Assembly (NCBI GenBank): GCA_026391215.1
Contig: JAPLDX010000055.1
Location: forward strand, 478-64,477
Length of the DNA stretch: 64,000 nucleotides
Source: Bacteroidia bacterium
Lineage (GTDB): Bacteria; Bacteroidota; Bacteroidia; Bacteroidales; VadinHA17
Direction of reading: 5' to 3'
Part shown: piece by piece, positions 10,294 through 18,301 of the stretch
Layout of the letters: each line of letters opens with the position of its first letter
Numbering within the stretch: the first letter of the stretch is position 1
Position numbers and translations under genes: made by a program
Notes under the pieces: model-generated
Seen by the model: only the letters and a program-made list of their open reading frames with translations
What the model was told of the DNA's origin: nothing
Databases searched by the model: none

Positions 10294-10411
10294 ATTTTTT
10301 TCAACTTATTAAAAAACAATTACCTGAAAAAAAGGGATATATTATCAATATCAATCAAGAAATTGATTATCAGTCAAATATATTTTCTGATTTTTTCACC
10401 ATATCTTTTCT

Positions 10412-10419
10412 TAATTTTG
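10412..10419 (+). promoter_or_regulatory. Bacteroidota-type -7 promoter box TAATTTTG for recF
   Basis: Exact TAnnTTTG match about 65 nt upstream of the recF ATG at 10485. This places the octamer repeat in the 5' UTR. Confidence 0.45.
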
Positions 10420-10442
10420 TAACAGATATTAAGTACCATTAA

Positions 10443-10477
10443 ACCGTTGTACCGTTGTACCGTTGTACCGTTGAACC
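10443..10477 (+). repeat. Tandem octamer repeat (ACCGTTGT) x4 plus a partial unit
   Basis: accgttgt accgttgt accgttgt accgttga acc read directly. The array ends 8 nt before the recF ATG. The same unit occurs reverse-complemented at 62554-62587. Confidence 0.9.
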
Positions 10478-10484
10478 ATTTCTT

Positions 10485-11612
10485 ATGTATCTCAAAAAAC
10501 TTTCCCTCACCAACTTCAAAAATTACGATCAGACTGAACTTGAATTCTCAGCCAGGATAAACTGCATTGTTGGCAATAACGGGGTTGGCAAGACCAACGT
10601 ACTTGATGCCATTCATTACCTGTCGCTTACAAAGAGCTTTTTCAACAATATTGACAGCATAAGCATCCGTCACGGGGAAGATTTTTTCATTATTAACGGA
10701 ACTTTTGTAAGGAATGAGGAGGAAGACCAGATATATTGCGCATTTCAGAAACAGAAGCCAAAAGTATTGAAGAAGAACGGTAAAGAATACCAGAAGCTTT
10801 CTGACCATGTCGGAAAATATCCTGTTGTGATGATATCACCTGCAGATTATGCTCTGGTTTCAGAAGGAAGCGAAGAAAGAAGAAGGTTCCTGAACAAGAT
10901 TATCAGCCAGTACAATGCTGAGTACCTGGATTCGGTGCTTAAGTACAGCAAGGCTCTTCAGCAGAGAAACAGGCTTCTCAAGGAATTCAAATCATCAGGC
11001 AGGTTCGATAATGATGCTCTTTCGATATGGGATTCACAGCTGGTCAGATACGGGACCTATGTATTCAGGGAAAGAGATACCCTCATAAACGAGCTGATCC
11101 CGGTCTTTCAGGAGAGGTATTCAATGATATCGTCTGAGAGGGAGAGGGTCAGGCTCTCTTACAGGTCTCATCTTTCAGAAGGTGATTTTGCTGAAGCCCT
11201 GGTCAGCTCTGTCACAAAGGACCGTTTCCTGGAGTATACAACTATAGGCATTCATAAAGACGACCTGCATTTTGACATGAATGAACATTCAGTCAGGACA
11301 CTTGGATCGCAGGGACAGCAGAAATCATTCCTTGTTGCCCTTAAGCTTGCAAAATTTGATTACATAAAGCGTAAATCCGGCTATTCACCGATACTACTGC
11401 TTGATGATATTTTCGATAAATTTGATGCTGAACGTGTTGAACAGATAATCAGGCTTGTCGGCAACCAGAATTTCGGTCAGATATTCATTACCGACACCCA
11501 CCAGAGCAGGCTGCACGAAATTCTCTCATCACATAAGACGGAGTACAAGCTTTTCAGGATAAACAACAATTCTGTTGAAGAGATAATTGAAAACGGTAAA
11601 TCCGGAAAATGA
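10485..11612 (+). CDS. recF: DNA replication/repair protein RecF
   Basis: MYLKKLSLTNFKNY start, Walker A GNNGVGKTNVLDA, signature/Walker B region LLLDDIFDKFD. The ORF-track TTG start at 10455 is just the translated octamer repeat. Confidence 0.9.
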   Translation: MYLKKLSLTNFKNYDQTELEFSARINCIVGNNGVGKTNVLDAIHYLSLTKSFFNNIDSISIRHGEDFFIINGTFVRNEEEDQIYCAFQKQKPKVLKKNGKEYQKLSDHVGKYPVVMISPADYALVSEGSEERRRFLNKIISQYNAEYLDSVLKYSKALQQRNRLLKEFKSSGRFDNDALSIWDSQLVRYGTYVFRERDTLINELIPVFQERYSMISSERERVRLSYRSHLSEGDFAEALVSSVTKDRFLEYTTIGIHKDDLHFDMNEHSVRTLGSQGQQKSFLVALKLAKFDYIKRKSGYSPILLLDDIFDKFDAERVEQIIRLVGNQNFGQIFITDTHQSRLHEILSSHKTEYKLFRINNNSVEEIIENGKSGK

Positions 11613-11899
11613 GACGCAGCAAGACCATATCGCTGGCTGAAGCCATGAAGGATTACATTAAAGAGATGAACCTGGAGGGCAAACTGAATGAGGTTGGCAT
11701 AATAAACTCATGGGAGGAGACTGTAGGCAAGGCTATTGCATCAAGAACATCAAAGCTTTATATTAAAGATCAGGTTCTTTATGTGTCCCTCAATTCATCT
11801 GTGGTGAGGAATGAACTGCTGATGCTCAGGCAGGAGCTGAAAGAAAAGCTGAATGAGAAGGCCGGGAGCGAAGTGATTAAAGATATAGTGTTAAGATGA
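11609..11899 (+). CDS. DUF721 / DciA-like small protein
   Basis: 96-aa basic protein with an ATGA overlap onto the recF stop. Size, position next to recF and sequence style fit the DUF721 family. Confidence 0.65.
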   Translation: MRRSKTISLAEAMKDYIKEMNLEGKLNEVGIINSWEETVGKAIASRTSKLYIKDQVLYVSLNSSVVRNELLMLRQELKEKLNEKAGSEVIKDIVLR

Positions 11900-11924
11900 C
11901 CCCCCAACACCACTTTCGTGGGCA

Positions 11925-11942
11925 GTCCCGCTTCAGCGGGAC
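11925..11942. terminator. Hairpin between convergent genes (gtcccgc-ttca-gcgggac), nested in a C6...G4 clamp (11900-11948)
   Basis: 7-bp GC-rich stem with a tetraloop lies between the DUF721 stop (11899) and the stop of the minus-strand 587-aa gene (11933), and overlaps that stop. There is no classical U-tract. Confidence 0.5.
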
Positions 11943-13696
11943 GTGGGGCATTTTATCTCAAAGGAATTATCAGAAATACTAATCGATTTCTTAAAAGATT
12001 TTAAGGAAGTAAAATCAAAATGTTGATTATTATATTTCAGTCCAACTTCGTTATTGTTTATATCAATTAAAACCTCAGCCTTATTATCCCTGCTGATAAT
12101 AAGATCAGCCATTAACAACGCTTTTTCTATCCCGTCACCACACCTGAAGTTCCACACCTCATCAGGAAGGGCGAGCCTATTGCCATCATAAATTGACTGG
12201 TCTGACATTCCATTCAGGATCTCATAAACCTCAGAGATGGTTTTCCCCTTCAGATCATTGAAGCATACGGGATTGCGCTCGATGGCTGCCTTGATGAACG
12301 GGAGCCAGTCGATCATATCCATCTGCCTGTAAACATAAAGCGTTAAAAGCGACAGCTCCGATTTATCAGCGTTATCAAGCACTGACCTGATTATCGTATC
12401 CCTGCTGTCTTCTACTGATATATCAGGTACGACAGTTTTTATGTAGTTTTTATGTTCATCAGGGAGTTTCGGATCAGTATGGATGAAATCTTCCAGGTCT
12501 CTAAACATCTCATGAATAGTCTCAGGGGCAACTGTGCCATTTAACTTATTAAACTGATCTTCAACAACTGTTATATTTTTCCCCTGGTTATCTTCAATGA
12601 TTCTTTCGACATCATTAAGCATGATCTTGCCGGACAGGGGACTTAGATGAAATTCGTCCCCTTCAATTTCCTTAATGAGCTGTGCACGCATTTCAGCCGA
12701 TACGTTGAATTTGCTTGTATGTTCATATTCAAACATTTTTTCAAGGGAAATGTATCTCTTTTTATCTGAGCATTCGCATTCAAACTGAAAAAGTGATTTG
12801 TACTTTGATTTGAACCTCAGAAAGTTAATGAAGATAAGGTTCGTCAGATCAGTGATCAGAAATTCTCTCAGCCTGGATGAAAACAGGCTATAGGCTTTCC
12901 TGTCAATTGTGGCATCATTGTTTATTATGTGGATGTAACCTGAAATATGAGATACAATAGTCACCTTCTCATTTTCAAGGGCTCTTCTTGCTTTTTCCGA
13001 CAGGGAAGTGCCGTTAAACCACATGTTTTTCGTTACAATTCTCCGGTTGTTGGTAATTAATCCCTCTTTTTCATTAATGAAGTTTTGTGAATGAAGGGGA
13101 GTTGCGATAAGAAAGATCTTCTCAAGAGGGATCCTGCCAATAACGAACATTGTAGCTGCATAAAGGGCTGACAATGAAACACATTCTCCGGCTCCTGTAG
13201 TGAAATTATTCTTCATTCTGAAAGCCGTCATTGCTTCAATTGTCTCTGTTTTCCAGTATGGAATTACATCGGAATTGAATTTATCAAGCCCGAAATGCTT
13301 CCTGATATCAATATCAAAATAGTATTTATCGCCTTCATAGCCGAAAAGTGCATTTGACTGCCTCAGGTGATCCATATCAAAGAAATCCCTGAACCTGTCA
13401 ATCTCCCTTGTTTTGGTTGTAAGTCCCCATGTGGCAAGATCAAGGTTGAATACATAGTTCTGGATTATGAACTGTTTTATCCTGTTTGCCTTGAACGTGA
13501 AGCCTCTTTTTTCGATATCCTTGAACCAGGGATCACTCCTCCATTCCCAGATAACTGGTGACATAATGTTGGCAAGAACCAGGGGATAGAAAAGCTCCGG
13601 GAAGATAAAGATCTCCATATCGGAGAGAGTGAAGGCGGACGAATACTTCTCAAGCATCTTCCTGTCTGAGAAGTCAGTAACTATTGAATTATGCAT
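11933..13696 (-). CDS. Hypothetical 587-aa protein with a possible transglutaminase-like Cys core motif
   Basis: Long uninterrupted ORF 8 nt downstream of ndk on the same strand. GAGECVSLSALYAATMFVIGRIP resembles the G-x-C..A..L....G-I-P catalytic segment of transglutaminase-like peptidases, with a His about 30 residues later (ATPLHSQNF). Confidence 0.6.
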   Translation of the reverse strand: MHNSIVTDFSDRKMLEKYSSAFTLSDMEIFIFPELFYPLVLANIMSPVIWEWRSDPWFKDIEKRGFTFKANRIKQFIIQNYVFNLDLATWGLTTKTREIDRFRDFFDMDHLRQSNALFGYEGDKYYFDIDIRKHFGLDKFNSDVIPYWKTETIEAMTAFRMKNNFTTGAGECVSLSALYAATMFVIGRIPLEKIFLIATPLHSQNFINEKEGLITNNRRIVTKNMWFNGTSLSEKARRALENEKVTIVSHISGYIHIINNDATIDRKAYSLFSSRLREFLITDLTNLIFINFLRFKSKYKSLFQFECECSDKKRYISLEKMFEYEHTSKFNVSAEMRAQLIKEIEGDEFHLSPLSGKIMLNDVERIIEDNQGKNITVVEDQFNKLNGTVAPETIHEMFRDLEDFIHTDPKLPDEHKNYIKTVVPDISVEDSRDTIIRSVLDNADKSELSLLTLYVYRQMDMIDWLPFIKAAIERNPVCFNDLKGKTISEVYEILNGMSDQSIYDGNRLALPDEVWNFRCGDGIEKALLMADLIISRDNKAEVLIDINNNEVGLKYNNQHFDFTSLKSFKKSISISDNSFEIKCPTSR

Positions 13697-13704
13697 CCTG
13701 GTTA

Positions 13705-14124
13705 TCAGTATCTTTCAGATGTTGTAAAGAAGAAATCAGATTCTCTCTGTGCGTTTTCGTCACTGTCAGAACCGTGAACAGCATTCATCTGTACCGAAAT
13801 GGCAAATAGCTTCCTGATTGTTCCCGGTTCTGCCTTGGCAGGATCAGTGGCTCCGATAAGCTTTCTGAATTCCTCAACGGCATTTTCATGCCTGAGGATC
13901 ATTACGAATACAGGCCCTGAACTCATGAACTCGACGAGGCTATCAAAAAATGATTTGCCTTTATGGACCTCATAGAATGATTCAGCCTGTTCGAGAGTCA
14001 TCCTAACCATTTTCATTGCGATAACCTCAAATCCGGCTTCATTGATCATAGCCAATATAGGACCGGCTTTGCCTGTTCTTACCGCATTCGGTTTTATGAT
14101 CGAAAAAGTAATAGCACCGTTCAT
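13705..14124 (-). CDS. ndk: Nucleoside diphosphate kinase
   Basis: 139 aa with FSIIKPNAV, GPVFVMIL and the active-site NAVHGSDS. Confidence 0.92.
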   Translation of the reverse strand: MNGAITFSIIKPNAVRTGKAGPILAMINEAGFEVIAMKMVRMTLEQAESFYEVHKGKSFFDSLVEFMSSGPVFVMILRHENAVEEFRKLIGATDPAKAEPGTIRKLFAISVQMNAVHGSDSDENAQRESDFFFTTSERY

Positions 14125-14209
14125 CTGTCGTTATTTTGTAATTAAACACTTGAAGCTTGTCTTCAGGAATATTGTATATCTTTACCAACTTGAAAAAACC
14201 GCAGCAAAA

Positions 14210-15238
14210 GTGGCTGAATTATCCAAATATACAAAAGAATTAACAAAACTTTTTTCCACAAAGGAGAATATATTGCTGATCTGCCATATCAATCCAGATG
14301 GAGATGCAATCGGCTCCCAACTGGCTATTTATCATTACCTTAAATCAAAAGGGAAGCTTGCCGGAATGATATCTCCAAATAATCTCCAGGAGTTTCTCAA
14401 ATGGATGGATGGAGTCGAGGAGATAAATATTTTCATCAGGCATAGGGAAAAATGCAAAAGGCTCGTTGAGGAGGCAGGACTTATTGTTATGCTCGACTTC
14501 AATCAGGCAGACAGGCTGGGGGAAGCTGAAATCCCGGTTGCTGCCTCTAAAGCTGTAAAAGTAGTCATAGACCATCATCTTGATCCGCGTAATTTTGCCG
14601 ACCTGATGATATCAGATCCTTCAAAATGCTCTACGTCAGAACTTGTCAATGAACTGATAACTGAGATGAATGGAGGCAGGTTCTTAAACAGGTCTTTTGC
14701 TGAAGCGCTGTACGTAGGGATCATAACTGATACAGGGAATTTTGAACATGGTTTATATACAGGATCTACTTTCAGAATGGTTGCTGACCTTCTTGAAAGC
14801 GGTATCGAAAAGGAAAAAATACATAACCTGGTCTATAATAATTTCTCAATTGACAGGATGAGGCTCCTGGGATTCGCCCTTAATCAGAGAATGGTTATTA
14901 TTCCCGAATACCAGACTGCTTATATTTACCTTACTAAGGAAGATCTCGCTGAATATAATTATACTAAAGGCGATTCGGAAGGCTTTGTCAATATGCCTCT
15001 TTCAATAAAGGGAATACTCTTTACAGCACTGTTCATTGAAAAAGACGGATTCATAAAACTCTCATTCCGTTCGAAGGGTGACTTCCCTACAAACAGATTT
15101 GCTTTGAAATACTTTTCGGGAGGCGGTCACCTGAATGCTTCCGGTGGAGATTATCATGATACGCTTGACAATACTATCAAATATTTCCTTGAAGCCCTGA
15201 AGGAATTCTACGCCGGACTCAATCAATCTATAGGATGA
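14210..15238 (+). CDS. nrnA: DHH-family bifunctional oligoribonuclease/pAp phosphatase (NrnA-like)
   Basis: HINPDGDAIGS (DHH motif I), VIDHH, GIITDTGNF and C-terminal GGGH. The ORF-track start at 14042 overlaps ndk. I chose the GTG at 14210; a TTG at 14189 is an alternative. Confidence 0.8.
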   Translation: MAELSKYTKELTKLFSTKENILLICHINPDGDAIGSQLAIYHYLKSKGKLAGMISPNNLQEFLKWMDGVEEINIFIRHREKCKRLVEEAGLIVMLDFNQADRLGEAEIPVAASKAVKVVIDHHLDPRNFADLMISDPSKCSTSELVNELITEMNGGRFLNRSFAEALYVGIITDTGNFEHGLYTGSTFRMVADLLESGIEKEKIHNLVYNNFSIDRMRLLGFALNQRMVIIPEYQTAYIYLTKEDLAEYNYTKGDSEGFVNMPLSIKGILFTALFIEKDGFIKLSFRSKGDFPTNRFALKYFSGGGHLNASGGDYHDTLDNTIKYFLEALKEFYAGLNQSIG

Positions 15239-15753
15239 TGACCAGAGACCTTGTGATATTGTTACTTCTGACAGGAATGGTTTCCTGTAATTCAGCTCAG
15301 GAGAAATCAGAAAAGCAGTCAGGACCAGACAAAAAGGAAATGGCCGAGCTGAACAAATACATGGTTCAGAAGGACAGGGAAAGGATCTCGAACTATATAG
15401 AAAGAAAAGGGCTGCAAATGACCGAGTCTCCAACAGGATTGTGGTACCTGATAAAGTCGGAGGGAAGCGGGAGCTATCTGAAGGATAATGACACGGTTGT
15501 GATGGAATATGAATGTCATCTTCTTGACGGGACAAGCTGTTATTCCTCCGGAGAATCTGGTCCTAAGGAAGTCATATTGGGAAGAAGTACTATGGAAGCC
15601 GGATTGAACCTGGGACTGAGACTGCTGAAGTCGGGTGGTGAAGCGATTTTTATCCTTCCGCCGTTCCTGGCTTACGGACTTACAGGTGACGGGAATAAAA
15701 TACCATCACGGGCTGTCATAGTATATAATATTAAAATAGTGAACGACCGTTAA
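15235..15753 (+). CDS. FKBP-type peptidyl-prolyl isomerase, lipoprotein
   Basis: Lipobox LLLTGMVSC. FKBP core includes GLWYLI..G.G, GLNLGLRLLKSGGEA and PPFLAYG. ATGA-type overlap with the nrnA stop. Confidence 0.85.
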   Translation: MMTRDLVILLLLTGMVSCNSAQEKSEKQSGPDKKEMAELNKYMVQKDRERISNYIERKGLQMTESPTGLWYLIKSEGSGSYLKDNDTVVMEYECHLLDGTSCYSSGESGPKEVILGRSTMEAGLNLGLRLLKSGGEAIFILPPFLAYGLTGDGNKIPSRAVIVYNIKIVNDR

Positions 15754-15798
15754 CCTGTGGAATGATTTTTGCGGTTTAAAAGATATAATTATACAAAT

Positions 15799-16296
15799 AT
15801 GTTGATGATGAATAAAAAGATAAAGCTGCCTGTTCTGGCATTTTTTATATTTGTTCTGATGACATCGTGTCTCAAGTTCAAAAAATATGAAAAAGAAGAA
15901 AAGGATGAAATTCAGAGGTACATTTTCAGTAATCCGGATCTGAGTTTTGAACTGAAATCAAGCGGATTGTATTATACAGATATTGTTGTAGGAACAGGCA
16001 CACATCCGGTAACACATGACACTGCTTACATAATGTACTCTGGCATGTTTACTAACGATACAATCTGGACAACAAATATCGGAACAACAGATACCCTTAT
16101 TTCTCCTGTTGGTGAAGGATACCTGATACTCGGATTTGATGAGGCAATAACATACATGAACGCAGGAGGGAAATCAAAGATTGTTGTTCCTTCAGAATTG
16201 GGGTACGGCAATTCCGGATGGAATTTCCCGGCCTATACCCCTATAGTTTATGATATTTTTCTTGTAAGGGTAAAGCCAGGGCCAGGGGCAAGATGA
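15799..16296 (+). CDS. FKBP-type peptidyl-prolyl isomerase, lipoprotein
   Basis: MLMMNKKIKLPVLAFFIFVLMTSC signal/lipobox. FKBP core includes GLYYTDIVVGTG, ILGFDEAITYMNAGGKSKIVVPSELGYG. The ORF-track TTG at 15769 is probably an over-extension. Confidence 0.8.
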   Translation: MLMMNKKIKLPVLAFFIFVLMTSCLKFKKYEKEEKDEIQRYIFSNPDLSFELKSSGLYYTDIVVGTGTHPVTHDTAYIMYSGMFTNDTIWTTNIGTTDTLISPVGEGYLILGFDEAITYMNAGGKSKIVVPSELGYGNSGWNFPAYTPIVYDIFLVRVKPGPGAR

Positions 16297-16298
16297 CT

Positions 16299-16997
16299 TT
16301 ACTGTAAAACAAATATTACCGGCCTGTTTTTAAGCGCCGGAACATCCATTTTCCATTCCGATATTTTCATTGTTTTTATCGATTCCCCGGGGAGGGTGAT
16401 ATCGGCAGCAATACACAGCAGAGCATTATTATTGCAGGTTGCTAGAATCGATTCGAGCATTGCCTGGTTCCTGTAAGGTGCCTCCATGAAGATCTGTGAA
16501 TACCCTTCCTGCGCTCTCTTTTCAAGTTGCCTGAGCCTTGCTGCTCTTTCTGCCGGCTTGACTGGAAGATAACCGTTGAATGAGAAATTCTGACCATTCA
16601 TCCCTGAGGCTATCAGTGCCATGATTATGGAAGAGGGGCCAGAAAGGGGAGAGACAGCGATCTTTTTAATATGTGCGGCCGAAATTACTTTTGCACCGGG
16701 ATCAGCTATACCAGGGAGACCTGCTTCGCTCATCACACCCATATCATGCCCATTGAGAACTGGTTCAAGGAAATTCACAACTTCCGATTCCACTGAATGC
16801 TCATTTAATTCATAGAACACACAGTCATCAATCGGGAATTTCTTGTCGATCAGCCTTAAATACCTCCTGGCGCTTCGCAGATCTTCAACAATGAAGTGTC
16901 TGAGGCGCCTGGTTATGTCCAGGGCTTTGCCGGGGATAACATCCATGTAGTTATCTCCGCCGAGTGTCACAGGTATAAGCCAGATAGTGCCCTTCAT
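16299..16997 (-). CDS. RsmI-like SAM-dependent methyltransferase (tetrapyrrole-methylase fold)
   Basis: SEAGLPGIADPG, FNGYLP and FMEAPYR parallel the RsmI motifs SDAGTPxISDPG, FxGFLP and FYESPHR. Confidence 0.7.
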   Translation of the reverse strand: MKGTIWLIPVTLGGDNYMDVIPGKALDITRRLRHFIVEDLRSARRYLRLIDKKFPIDDCVFYELNEHSVESEVVNFLEPVLNGHDMGVMSEAGLPGIADPGAKVISAAHIKKIAVSPLSGPSSIIMALIASGMNGQNFSFNGYLPVKPAERAARLRQLEKRAQEGYSQIFMEAPYRNQAMLESILATCNNNALLCIAADITLPGESIKTMKISEWKMDVPALKNRPVIFVLQ

Positions 16998-17113
16998 CTG
17001 TTTTTGTTTGCCAAATATAGCAAATATACAGTAACCGTAAAATGCAACAAAAATGCTGTTCCTGTTGGCTGTTTTGTATTTTTAATATAGGTTTGCCGTG
17101 AAATAACTGTAAA

Positions 17114-17881
17114 GTGAAAATTACATTCCTAGGTACTGGCACATCACAGGGCGTACCTGTAATAGCCTGTGAATGTGCAGTATGCCTTTCTGAAGATACC
17201 CGCGATACCAGGTTAAGAACATCTCTTCTTCTTGAGACCGGCAAAACTGTCATGCTCTTTGATGCCGGTCCTGATTTCCGCCAGCAGATGCTCAGGGAAC
17301 ATGTTAAGAAGCTGGATGCTATTATACTTACTCATGAACATAAAGATCATATCGCCGGTATGGACGATGTAAGGGCATTTAACTATAAAAGCCAGGACGC
17401 TATAGATATTTATGCCGAAGAAAGGGTGCAGGATGCAATAAGAAGAGAATTTGCGTATGTCTTTTCCGAAAAGAAATACCCGGGAATCCCGCAGATGAGG
17501 CTGAACTTAATTCCGGATTACGGATTTAAAATAAAGGATATTGAAATACTGCCCGTCAGAGTCCGTCATATGGACCTTGAGATATACGGATTCAGGATCG
17601 GTAATTTTGCATATATAACAGATGCCAGCTATATACCTGAAGAAAGCAAGGAAAGACTGATTGGTGTAAAGTATCTGGTCATTAATGCTTTAAGAAAGCA
17701 AAAGCATATTTCACATTTTAACCTTAAGGAAGCAATTGATTTTACCAGGGGAATATCGCCAAAAAAAGCATTTATCACGCACATTAGCCACCAGATGGGG
17801 TTGTATGAAAATGTTGAAAAGGAGCTTCCTCCGGGGATTATGCTTGCCTATGACGGTCTGAGTATTGAATGCAATGAATAA
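17114..17881 (+). CDS. MBL-fold metallo-hydrolase (PhnP-like)
   Basis: ITFLGTGTSQGVP, Cys-rich CECAVC and the HxHxDH motif LTHEHKDHIAG. Confidence 0.8.
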   Translation: MKITFLGTGTSQGVPVIACECAVCLSEDTRDTRLRTSLLLETGKTVMLFDAGPDFRQQMLREHVKKLDAIILTHEHKDHIAGMDDVRAFNYKSQDAIDIYAEERVQDAIRREFAYVFSEKKYPGIPQMRLNLIPDYGFKIKDIEILPVRVRHMDLEIYGFRIGNFAYITDASYIPEESKERLIGVKYLVINALRKQKHISHFNLKEAIDFTRGISPKKAFITHISHQMGLYENVEKELPPGIMLAYDGLSIECNE

Positions 17882-17889
17882 GACAGAGA

Positions 17890-18105
17890 CTATTTCTTCT
17901 TATAATTCTTGGTAAGCTTTTTCTGATACCCGGTTGAGAAATAGAATTTGTTCCTGCCAAGCTGTGATGTATTAACCCTCGATGCTTTTGTCCTTTTCTT
18001 TTGGAACGAACTCTGTGAAGAAGCACAACCCGTCATAACTGCAATAAGAATAAGAATAAGAAGGTATTTTAATATTTTGAAAGATTTGGACATCGACACT
18101 TCCAT
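17890..18105 (-). CDS. Small basic lipoprotein (hypothetical)
   Basis: Signal peptide plus lipobox (LILILIAVMTGC) followed by a Lys/Ser-rich tail. An alternative ATG exists at 18093. Confidence 0.5.
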   Translation of the reverse strand: MEVSMSKSFKILKYLLILILIAVMTGCASSQSSFQKKRTKASRVNTSQLGRNKFYFSTGYQKKLTKNYKKK

Positions 18106-18301
18106 TTTACATATGATCTATAAAAGTACAAATTATTTGCTTAATAAAAAATGACAGACTTGATGTCGCACTGCGACAGGATGGGAACAATTTTTTAAAT
18201 GCATTATATATTATAAATTACGACAAAGTTTTTGTACTTTGGTTTAGATCTTCTAATGAATTAGAAATATGTTACATCATATCTGGTCATCCGGATTAAT
18301 T

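Noticed and set aside
9564-10330. Looked for an FMN riboswitch ahead of ribH
   Set aside because: ribH is the second gene of a two-gene unit, 4 nt after the TPR gene. The leader between the promoter box and the TPR ATG is only about 38 nt, too short for a riboswitch.
14042-14209. N-terminal extension of the NrnA-like ORF
   Set aside because: It overlaps the ndk coding region on the opposite strand. The DHH family N-terminus aligns from about VAELSKY onward.
15062-15535. 157-aa minus-strand ORF spanning the nrnA/FKBP junction
   Set aside because: It overlaps two well-supported plus-strand genes and has proline/serine-rich shadow-frame composition.
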